Shown piece by piece: positions 27,266 to 36,841 of a DNA stretch of 64,000 nt; the stretch's first letter is position 1, and each line of letters begins with the position of its first letter. Location of the stretch: NCBI GenBank assembly GCA_013239625.1, contig MU054001.1, forward strand, positions 2,486,151 to 2,550,150, written 5' to 3'. This DNA is from Lama guanicoe (taxonomy: Eukaryota). Position numbers and translations under genes: made by a program. The notes beneath the pieces were generated by a model that worked only from the letters and a program-made list of their open reading frames with translations, had not been told where the DNA came from and did not search any database.

Positions 27266-30200
27266 TGCACTTTTGTTTTTCCTCCTGGAAAAAAAAAATT
27301 AGCATCCATATGTCAAGTGCAGAGATTTGGTCATTCTTGTTCCTCAGTTCATGGCATACTGTCATGGGACCCTTTTAAAAACATGTTTATTTTTACTTCA
27401 TTTCTGATTATTTTCTGCATCACCTTGTATCTCCAGTCCCATACCTCTTTTCTCTCTAGATGTCCATGCTAATTTCCTAAATGCACACACTACTTCCAGC
27501 CCACCTCATATATGTGTGGAGAACGCAGCCTTGAAAAATAATAGTGTTGTCTTCCATGTATTTGTTTTGTATCTGCATGATGCTATTGTTTGATGAACCT
27601 CACTTCTAATTTTGTTTACTCAAAGCCATGATTCTGAATTCTCTCCATATTGCTATGTCACGAGAGTTCATTGTTTTGGACTACTGCATAGCATTCCATT
27701 GTCATATACCACACTTCACCCATCTCCCTACCAAATGACGGATATTCAGGGACATCTAGCTCCTTGTTACTACTGACAATGTGATGCAGCACTTTTGAAC
27801 CTGTGCCTGACCTTGTTGCTAAAAATGCTTTCTCTGTAGGAATCCTCCCAAAGAACATTTAGTAAAATAGCTTTTTTTTCACTGCCATGATATATTATTT
27901 CTGCTCAAATGCCTTCGTATTCATCATCTCATTGGATACACGGACCAATCTGAGAGGTTGGGTAAGAATGAAGTTATTGACCCTATTCCACAGATGAATA
28001 AGCAGAGTCTCAAGGATCTGGAGATGTTTAAGTCTTACCTAACTGGTCAGAGGAAGGTTGAAAACAGAATCTGGATCTTCTATATTCTAGATGGAGGTGA
28101 CAGTAAAAGGAGTCTACAGGAAAAGTGGGAGAATGGAGATGAAAACTGGAGTGTGTGTGTGTGTGTGTGTGTGTATTCCAATCATTTGGCTCACTTTTTC
28201 AAGAATGGGGGGATAATTAAAAAAAAAAGTAGATAAAACAAAGTTCTTATTTGGATCACCTCCTAATCTTGTCATGGAAGACAAGGCATGGACATTTTAG
28301 CCTCCGACATTACTGCAACACCAGGCCTAGAGTGATAACAATTGCAGGTCAATGGGATATGTCGTCCTTCAGGACTGATCCTTCTGTTTTCTGAAGGTGA
28401 GGACAGTGCCCTGGCTTCAGATCATGTTACACTCTCAAGGTTGGCTGATTCCTGTTGCAAAGGAATCATCTGTTTTTTTTTTTTTTTCCCCTGACAAATG
28501 TATGTTATGCATTTTCCTTGGGCCTGGCTGCATGCTCAATTCTAGACATATTCTAGTGAAAAAGAAAGAGTTCCTCCCCTCAGTGTGTTCCTTGTCCAGA
28601 GGCCCTCCAGGTAGAATGATGACTACTGGGAATGGAGAGCAAAGGATGGGATGGGTACCCAAGAGTGGGGACAAGGGACTAGAGGCATCCCTGTCTTCAA
28701 GACTCTTTTCCCATTCCCATGTAATGATACTTTCTTCTTCCCCTTAATTTCTTGGAGTTTAAGGTAGCATATGAAGATTAAGCCCTCCCTGCCCTCAGGA
28801 ACAGAGAAATCCATTTTTATGTTTTGAGTATTTTGTCTTCAGGTTTAATGGACTAACAAAGTCCATCATCAAAAGGACAAAAGGAAGGAGTGTTTTGGGA
28901 TGAGGGAGAAGGCTATGAGGACACAGGAGGGAGGGAGTGGAGCTTCCCCTGGCTTTGGGTAGAAGAGGCCTGTGGATACAGAGAAGCTTGACTCAGCCAC
29001 TGCCCTGCGCCATCTCCCTGGATGGATGGCCAGGCCTCAGAGGGTATGACTGCATGGTCCAACTAGGGAGGAAAGGGTTCTGAGGCACTGTATGTCTTTC
29101 ACAGGCCTCTCGAGGTAGGAAAGTGGGTAGCAATGAGGCTCCAAGAGAGCAATGGAAAAGCAGGCCAAGATTATTGGTAGAAAATATAGTGGGCGGGGGT
29201 CTAAAGGTCTCCCCTCTTCTTATTCTGCATTCTGAATGTAGGTATAACTCCAATAAAAGACTGAGAAAGGATTTCCCATCAAACTCTTGCAATGGGGACT
29301 TAAAGAAAAAGTTAAGTTGATTAATGAAAAATCAAAAATTGTGCTATTGCCTGTCTGAATCTTATGGCCAAGATTCTTGTCTGTGATGGGGGTATTCAAT
29401 TGGAGCCCTGCTGAGGAAGGGCCATGGCCTCTGGCCACCTGCTCAACTATGCTGGTTCTGCAGCTCAGCTTCGCTGAGAGATGCTGACTGTTTTGACTGT
29501 TTCTTACTTTACAAGAGAATTCCTGGCTCCTCTGCTACCTTTCTCCACAGGCTGTCCAGGAATTCCAGGTGCTCCTCAGTGGTGGTTTCCAAGAAGAAAG
29601 GCACATTTTGGAGCCTTAGGCTCTTCCCGGGGAAGCCTGTGTAGCAGAGTCTGACTCTCTGGCAGGAGTTACAACGTTACCATCCCATTAATGGGTAATA
29701 TGCACAGGGATAGGTTAGATTGCTTCCATTATTCAAGGAGCTCCATGTGCCTGGTAGCAACAATTACCAAGACGCATAAATACAACAAAGTTAATTAAAA
29801 TGTTAGCTGATATAAATAACCTAAGGTTATTGAACATTGTTCCATTTTAAATTAATAAATACGCAAAGGTAATGTTTATAATTAAAGCTATAATTTATCT
29901 TCATGCTCTGTTTGTTTAATAGCAGTGGTAATATAATGCTACATGCAGAAATGTAGTAATAGATTTGTTTAGCACTGACATTATAAACAAATGTCTCAGT
30001 CTATTTATTCTAAGTTATGATACAGATTCTTTTCACATGCATCTGATGGCCTTTAAACCATTTAAAATGAACTGCATTAACGTAATCTAATCTTGATACT
30101 GAACATAACATTTCAGTTTGAATTATCCTGAATCCATGATCCATTTTATTACTCACAAAGCACTTTATACATTTATGATAATGGCAAACCTTGCTCTGTT

Positions 30201-31670
30201 ATTTAAATCCCATTTCGAACGGGATGTTATTTTTTTTTAAATAAATAAGTCCCACACATTTGGGGTAGTAAAGTACAAATAAGGAAAAGTCAATGCCCAG
30301 CAAGCCCTTTAACAAAGCAAACAATTCAGATTTTTATGACATTAGCAAATAATAAAGGGAAGAACTGACATTTACAGTTGATGAAATTTTATGTTATAAC
30401 AGATGATGAAAATGGAATGAAAATCACATAGAAAAATTCGTCCAGGAGGGTCAGCCATTCTAAGGCAATCTCTACCAGTGGACTGTCTTCAGGGTCACTT
30501 TTCTAACGTCAACCTTTATTCAACCCTCAGAAAGGTCTCAGGTCTACCCTGGAGAGTAAGGCTTGTTCAAAAAGCAGAGCAGGGAACATAACTTCAGTCT
30601 CCTTTTGAATCCCCCTCCTGTTAGCTTCCTTCTCTGCCCTCCCCACTTCCTCCTCCCTCCCTTTCATTCACCACCTCCTGCTCTCCAGGGAACACTTATT
30701 CTCCACCTTCTAATTTAAATTATAATAAGCAACCAACCGGTTTTCTCCTATGGTTGCTTGAGGTAGGGAGGAAAGAGAAGAGAGTTTTCTGTTTCTTTCT
30801 TGTGTATTGCTAATGTCTTTCCCTTAACACAGCTTCTTGTTTCTTTCCCTTCTTAATCCCTGTTAAAATAAATGTTTCTTCTGGGTTGATTTGCAGTCAC
30901 TGAAAAAAAATATTCCACTTTATTTTAGTAAGAATATTTCTTTCGATGTCTTAGAAACAGTTGCCCCTAAAGTCAAATAAACAACAAATTTAATTTTTTT
31001 TTAAAGACATTTCTTCCTTTCTTCTAAAGGAAGTTAAAAATGTAGCAAGCCTATTTTTGGAGAAAGAATGGACCAGAGAGTTTAAAAAAAAATCTAAACA
31101 GATTACACACTTTGAAAAATCCTAAAAGGATTTTGATACTGGAACCTCTGAAATTCAGGAAGGATTTAAATTTAGGATTATAAACTATCCCAGTGCAAAA
31201 TCCTCCTGTGATCAAATATCACATTTTAGGGGACTGAGTGCCTTTGTAGCTGCCTCTCAGGCTGGTTCTTCTCGTTCTGTTCTGTATTAATAAAACAGGA
31301 GAACTGTGGGGCTCAGGGCAAACTTTGCAGAGCTGGGCTGCCAGGCTGGCCTGCTGTCAAAGACTCAGGCTTCAGAAATAAGTCAGAGGGTTCCAGTCCT
31401 TCGCAGAAGCTCAGAGGGACTGGGAGAGGCTGAAATGGTTGCCTGCACTGGTAGATCTCAGCTGCAAGCAAGCCCTGAATAAAGAGGCATGGGATTGGGC
31501 CCGAGGAAGTGATGTTTGAGGAAAGAAGAGATGATTAAAACCCCAACTTCCCCCTCCCTTTTGCTGCCTTCCCACATATCCTTTAAATTCAGGCCCTCTA
31601 AAATGTACCCTATGTTTGCTCCTTTCCTATGGGTGTTATGTGGTATAGACAGAGAGAAGGAGGAATGGGT

Positions 31671-31832
31671 TGGCAGGATTCAGAACATGCTACCACAAGA
31701 TAAAGTGTTTTGGCATATAGAATATTTTAAGCTGATGGAATTTGAGAAATGGCAGGTGCAGGAGGGACTTCCTGACCTTCCCCTGAAGCAGAAGAACAGG
31801 TAAGATAAGCAGATAAGACCTTCATGTGAGAG
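31671..31832 (+). mobile_element. MER34/MER39-like ERV1 solo LTR, 5' part (interrupted by younger provirus)
   Basis: Starts TG at 31671 after gggt (31667-31670); continues at 36353 and ends CA at 36672, followed by gggt. Confidence 0.7.
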
Positions 31833-32351
31833 TGTAATGGGGAAGAACAAAGCTGACTCCATATTAGAGCTGTTCCTTTGGCTCTAACCCTGTGCTCTGT
31901 GTCTTATGCTTAGTCGTGCAGGTTCTGCACCTTTTGTAAAAGAATGTTGCCTTTAGCCTGAAATATATTGGAGAACCCATACTCAAGACTCTATCTTTAA
32001 GGGTATAACATTTTTTTTTGTTCATATAGAGACAGCAAATTCCAGAACAGAGAATAACATTTTCTTGTTGGCGGTCTACAGGAACTTCATGACCTGACCT
32101 ACGTGGAAAGCTGCAAGAACAAAGGATCCGACACTAAGAAGTTTGCAACAACCAACCACATCCCTTCCTCTTTTTAGCGTAAAAGGAACCTGAATTCTGA
32201 CTTGAGTAAGATGGTTTTCTAAGACATTAGTCCCCCATCTTCTTGATCGGCTGGCTTTCCGAATAAAGTTGTTATTCCTTGCCCCAGTACCCTGTCTCCC
32301 GATGTACTGGTCTGCCCAGAGGCGAGCAGAACGAGTTTGGACTCGGTGACA
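31833..32351 (+). mobile_element. 5' LTR of the ERV1 provirus (519 bp)
   Basis: tgtaatgggg...ggactcggtgaca; AATAAA at 32262-32267; PBS-like tggc... follows at 32357. Confidence 0.85.
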
Positions 32352-32356
32352 AATTT

Positions 32357-32374
32357 TGGCACCAGCCGGCTTCC
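32357..32374 (+). promoter_or_regulatory. Degenerate retroviral primer-binding site
   Basis: TGG 5 nt after the LTR end (tggcaccagccggcttcc); the priming tRNA cannot be assigned reliably. Confidence 0.5.
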
Positions 32375-32518
32375 ATCGGGGAGCGTTCCGGTTAAGGCTC
32401 TAGCGGCTGCCGGGCCCCCTTCCCCTCAGGATTCTTCTCCCTTCAAAGTTCCCGGAAGTGACCGGGCCGCCCCAGAGCTGGGCAGCTGGAGCCAGGAATC
32501 TCATCTGGGAGAGGCTGT

Positions 32519-32527
32519 AGGGTAAGT
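32519..32527 (+). promoter_or_regulatory. Candidate retroviral major splice donor AGG|GTAAGT
   Basis: Near-consensus 5' splice site with GT at 32522, in the leader between PBS and gag. Confidence 0.5.
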
Positions 32528-32751
32528 GGCCCCGGTGTGTGCAGCCGGAAACTTTGTTCCTCTCCCGTTTGGGGCTTTTTTCCTCGGAACAAGCCAGTTT
32601 GTTTTGTGCTTGAGGTGGGTATCCTGTTGGAGAGAGGGAATAATTGCTGGACTTTTACCTGATTTGTGAACTGGTTCGTTTGTCTCTGGATTGTGGCATT
32701 TCTGCGCCGGATGTGTTTTGTTTATCTTGTATTTCTGTCTTAAAAAAAAAA

Positions 32752-33707
32752 NNNNNNNNNNNNNNNNNNNNNNNNNNNNNNNNNNNNNNNNNNNNNNNNN
32801 NNNNNNNNNNNNNNNNNNNNNNNNNNNNNNNNNNNNNNNNNNNNNNNNNNNNNNNNNNNNNNNNNNNNNNNNNNNNNNNNNNNNNNNNNNNNNNNNNNNN
32901 NNNNNNNNNNNNNNNNNNNNNNNNNNNNNNNNNNNNNNNNNNNNNNNNNNNNNNNNNNNNNNNNNNNNNNNNNNNNNNNNNNNNNNNNNNNNNNNNNNNN
33001 NNNNNNNNNNNNNNNNNNNNNNNNNNNNNNNNNNNNNNNNNNNNNNNNNNNNNNNNNNNNNNNNNNNNNNNNNNNNNNNNNNNNNNNNNNNNNNNNNNNN
33101 NNNNNNNNNNNNNNNNNNNNNNNNNNNNNNNNNNNNNNNNNNNNNNNNNNNNNNNNNNNNNNNNNNNNNNNNNNNNNNNNNNNNNNNNNNNNNNNNNNNN
33201 NNNNNNNNNNNNNNNNNNNNNNNNNNNNNNNNNNNNNNNNNNNNNNNNNNNNNNNNNNNNNNNNNNNNNNNNNNNNNNNNNNNNNNNNNNNNNNNNNNNN
33301 NNNNNNNNNNNNNNNNNNNNNNNNNNNNNNNNNNNNNNNNNNNNNNNNNNNNNNNNNNNNNNNNNNNNNNNNNNNNNNNNNNNNNNNNNNNNNNNNNNNN
33401 NNNNNNNNNNNNNNNNNNNNNNNNNNNNNNNNNNNNNNNNNNNNNNNNNNNNNNNNNNNNNNNNNNNNNNNNNNNNNNNNNNNNNNNNNNNNNNNNNNNN
33501 NNNNNNNNNNNNNNNNNNNNNNNNNNNNNNNNNNNNNNNNNNNNNNNNNNNNNNNNNNNNNNNNNNNNNNNNNNNNNNNNNNNNNNNNNNNNNNNNNNNN
33601 NNNNNNNNNNNNNNNNNNNNNNNNNNNNNNNNNNNNNNNNNNNNNNNNNNNNNNNNNNNNNNNNNNNNNNNNNNNNNNNNNNNNNNNNNNNNNNNNNNNN
33701 NNNNNNN
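32752..33707. other. Assembly gap (N run) flanked by A-tracts
   Basis: Direct reading. Confidence 1.
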
Positions 33708-33726
33708 AAAAAAAAAAAAAAAAAGA

Positions 33727-34962
33727 ACGGGGACTGTTTCAACTATCCCTAAAGAAAGTCGTCTGAGGCGCGTTTTGGGTAAGTGGTCTGATTACAGCGA
33801 TGAACCTGCGCCTAGGGGAGGATGAACAGTGTGTGGCCATAGTACGTGTGCGGATCTCCACAGGGGCTTCTGCAGGGTTATCTCCACATACCGCCGTCCT
33901 TGCTGTGTTAATTATGTCATTTGTGGTCTCCTGTGTTGTTGGTACATGTTAAACCCCAAGGCCAAACTTGAGCATGCATTTAGGATTTCTGTTTATCCTC
34001 TGGGTTTTTCATTTCATTTTGTTTTGATTCTGTTTCCCCATTTACAGCCAAGTTTTATGATATTTAAAACGTTTACTGATGTCAAGTGGAGGGAAGGGAC
34101 AAAAAAACAACCTATCTGTTCTGGTCCAAGAGTGGGACCTTCCCAGGGAGAATATAAAGGTCCCACTTGGTTCCTAAAATCACCAAAAGCCCCTGCCCAG
34201 AATTCAGCCCAGTTGGTTGATCCCAAGACAAAGTGATTAAAGAGGATCAGTTGCTGTTTATGGTTTTACAATAAAATGCTGAGGAATGGTGGCCTTTGAA
34301 TGGCCCTATACAATCCTGCAATTACAGATATTCTATGAAAATGCAGGGAAGAATGATAAAATCCCCTATGTACAAGCATTTGTGCTATTACCTCAGGGAA
34401 AACAAGAAAAGGAAAGGAATGGGTGAGGATACGTTGCTTCAAATCTTAATTCTGCTGGCTGAACTAGCTGTCCCAGCCACTCTGGCCATTATGCCAATGC
34501 ATTTACCCCCTCCTCTGCTTCCCATTCCTACACAGCTAGCCCCAGTTCCTGGGCCCAGGAAGCGGTCAAACAGGCTCCCTCTCCTTATAGGGATCAATTA
34601 GAAAATCCTGTGATGGTTCTTGGGGCACAGGGACCTAGTCTGGTATTTCCACCTAAGACCCGACAGGGCACCCAGTTTGGACCAGGAGCCACTCCCAGCA
34701 CAGGGCAATTTCCCCTACAACATTATCCCGTAGGGGGCCTAAATGCAAACAGCCAGCAGGCTGGGTTTAACTAAATTAAAGAAATTCAGCAAAAACCAAA
34801 TGAAGGCCTCTCTGAATTTTTAGAAAGGATTTATCAGATCGACAGCAGATCCTGAGGCCCCTGAAAATGCTGGAATGGTAAATATGAGAAAATTGCAAAA
34901 ATTTGATGATACGTTTGGAATGTACACTTCTCAGTTGGTAGAGGTTGCTTTTAAAGTGTTAA
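33727..34962 (+). pseudogene. gag: ERV1 gag remnant (MA, proline-rich region, partly deleted CA)
   Basis: (ACG)GTVSTIPKESRLRRVLGKW at 33727; WPLNG...YTILQLQIFYENAGKNDKIPYVQAF at 34290-34390; MHR IKEIQQKPNEGLSEFLERIYQ at 34775-34837; DPEAPEN...RKLQK...SQLVEVAFKV up to ~34960. Frameshifts and deletions present. Confidence 0.85.
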
Positions 34963-35274
34963 CAGGGAAACACTCATTCTGGAAACTCATCACTTTACTT
35001 AAGGTTGCCCTTATATCCTTCATCAGCACCTCACTCAAGTCTGGTTTTGGCTTCCTTGATCCTACGCTGTCCCTTTTTGTTTTGGAAAAATTTAATTTAC
35101 CAGCTGGATATGTGGGACTGGTATTCCTACGTTTGGCACCATTTCTTCACCACCGTTGGGCCTACTCAGTGATAAAATGCCACATCTAAGGAAATGGCTT
35201 CTGGTTTTTGGAAACTAAATCACAGCAGGATGCTACATGCTCTTAGGACCTGCCCCATTCTTGCACTTTAAGAG
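34963..35274 (+). pseudogene. SLC18B1: SLC18B1 (MFS transporter, C6orf192) processed fragment, C-terminal block placed first (approx. exons 7-9)
   Basis: GKHSFWKLITLLKV...FGFLDPTLSLFVLEKFNLPAGYVGLVFL...SDKMPHLRKWLLVFGN*ITAGCYMLLGPAPFLHFK matches recalled SLC18B1 aa ~224-330; intronless, with a ~10-nt deletion and a stop. Confidence 0.92.
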
Positions 35275-35909
35275 GTGATGGCCCTCCAGGATGTGCAAGG
35301 GAGACACCCAGGCAGGCAGCTTTCAAAAGAACAGATTTTTGTACTGATATCAGCAGTTTCCATTAACGTAGGTTCCATGATGTGCTATTCTGTCCTTGGA
35401 CCCTTTATCCCCAAGGAGGCTGGAAAGAATGGAGCCAGCAATATAGTTATTGGTATGATCCTTGGGTGTTATGCTTTGTTTGACTTGCTGGCATCTTTGG
35501 TATTTGGAAAATGTCTTGTGCATATTGGAGCAAAATTTATGTCTGTAAGAGGAATGTTTGTCTCAGGAGGAGTTACAATTCTCTTTGGTGTACTGGACCA
35601 AGTTCCAGAAGGACCAGTGTTTATTGGCATGAGTTTTCTAGGGAGTATAACAGATGCAGGAAGTTTTGCTGTAGCAACTACTGCATCTTTTTCTATCCTT
35701 GCAAAGGCTTTTCCAAATAATGTGACTACAGTACTGGGGAGTCTTGAGACTTTTTCTGGACTGAGACTAAAGCTAGGGCCTCCTTTAGGTGGCTTCTTAT
35801 AAAACCCTTGGCCTATGAGGTGCCTTTTCTTTTTCTGGGATATATAGTTCTGTTGATGGTACCCCTCAACATGTATGTTTTACCTTATCATGAATCTGAT
35901 CCAGGGAAA
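35275..35909 (+). pseudogene. SLC18B1: SLC18B1 processed fragment, N-terminal block placed second (approx. exon 2 to start of exon 7)
   Basis: DGPPGCARETPRQ / LSKEQIFVLISAVSINVGSMMCYSVLGPF...AKAFPNNVTTVLGSLETFSGL...GPPLGGFL* then YEVPFLFLGYIVLLMVPLNMYVLPYHESDPGK matches recalled aa ~15-225; intronless. Confidence 0.92.
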
Positions 35910-36029
35910 TAATTTTAAAAAATACGGGAACCTCTCATATGCTAGAAAGAGAGGAACACTCTGATGATAAATAAAGAGGCCTAAGGTCTCCCTTGGACTT
36001 GAGGCACCCAATTCCAATCCCCACAGAAG

Positions 36030-36086
36030 CCCTGGGTAAACTTGACAGTGGAAAATGAGATGATGGACTTTCTGATTGATACGGGT
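36030..36086 (+). pseudogene. pro: Retroviral aspartic protease N-terminal stub
   Basis: PWVNLTVENEMMDFLIDTG, with catalytic DTG at 36078-36086; similarity stops immediately after. Confidence 0.8.
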
Positions 36087-36233
36087 GATAAACACGAGGT
36101 GGCACAGAAAGTATCTCAATCCATCCAAACGACAAAATCGTTTGTTCTTACGACCTCTAGAATGCCAACGAGGGGACCTCACCCTGAAACATAGTTTACA
36201 GCAGAGATGCTGCCTTCCAATGGACTGAAAAGT

Positions 36234-36348
36234 ATCTTCTCTGTCTGCTGGCTTTCCAAATAAAGTCGTTATTCCTTGCCCCAATACCTCATCTTCCGAT
36301 TTATTGGCCTGTCGTGTGGAGAGCAGGATGGGTTTGGACTGAGTAACA
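36234..36348 (+). mobile_element. Truncated 3' LTR (last 115 bp only)
   Basis: Ungapped alignment to 32237-32351 with about 25 mismatches by manual count; ends gtaaca followed by TSD agag. Confidence 0.85.
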
Positions 36349-36352
36349 AGAG

Positions 36353-36672
36353 GTGCCCCCCCCACCCCGGGAGCATCCTCAGAGGGCACCAGGGGAATCT
36401 GACAAACAGGCCTTGTAAGTTTCCCCTGTTTACCAGGATGACCGCATATCCCCTTCTATCACTTTTTCACACAACTTCCCACTCCTCATCTAAAGTATCG
36501 TGAGTAAAAATACTCAACGTTTGACTGTTTCTTCAGGTCTTCATTTCATTAGGAAAACTCCCAAGTCAAGTAAAACTCATATTAAGTAAATTTGTATGCT
36601 TTTTCTTGTTAATCTGTCTTTTGTTATAGGGGCCGCAGCTGAGAACTTAGGAGGGTCAAGGAAACCCCTACA
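36353..36672 (+). mobile_element. MER34/MER39-like solo LTR, 3' part
   Basis: gtcttcatttc...aaatttgtatgctttttcttgttaatctgtcttttgttatagg...cccctaca, then TSD gggt at 36673-36676. Confidence 0.75.
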
Positions 36673-36841
36673 GGGTCAAATTCTTGCTCTCTTTAAGTCT
36701 GGCTTCTAGTAATCATTCAAGTATATCTGTACACAAAATTCTGTCTATGTTAGGGGATTTCTAGAATGCTGGGACCAGAAGGATTCATTGATAACATCTA
36801 ACCTAGAGATTTTAAAGCTTTAATAACCAAATTATATACAC

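Larger units (their letters stand above)
31833..36348 (+). mobile_element. Deleted class I (ERV1/gammaretrovirus-like) provirus carrying a captured SLC18B1 segment
   Basis: TG...CA termini; 4-bp TSD agag (31829-31832 and 36349-36352); LTR match at 32237-32351 vs 36234-36348; gag MA, MHR and CA C-terminal remnants; protease DTG stub; no recognisable RT or IN. Confidence 0.9.

Noticed and set aside
32501..33825. Long 353-413 aa ORFs in the track
   Set aside because: Artefacts of translating through the N gap.
34963..35909. Functional SLC18B1 gene or ordinary L1 processed pseudogene
   Set aside because: No introns, permuted order, stops and frameshifts, no first or last exons, no poly(A); the flanking repeat is part of the cDNA itself.
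35880..36389. 169-aa minus-strand ORF
   Set aside because: Antisense to ERV pro/LTR remnants with no recognisable homology; likely chance.
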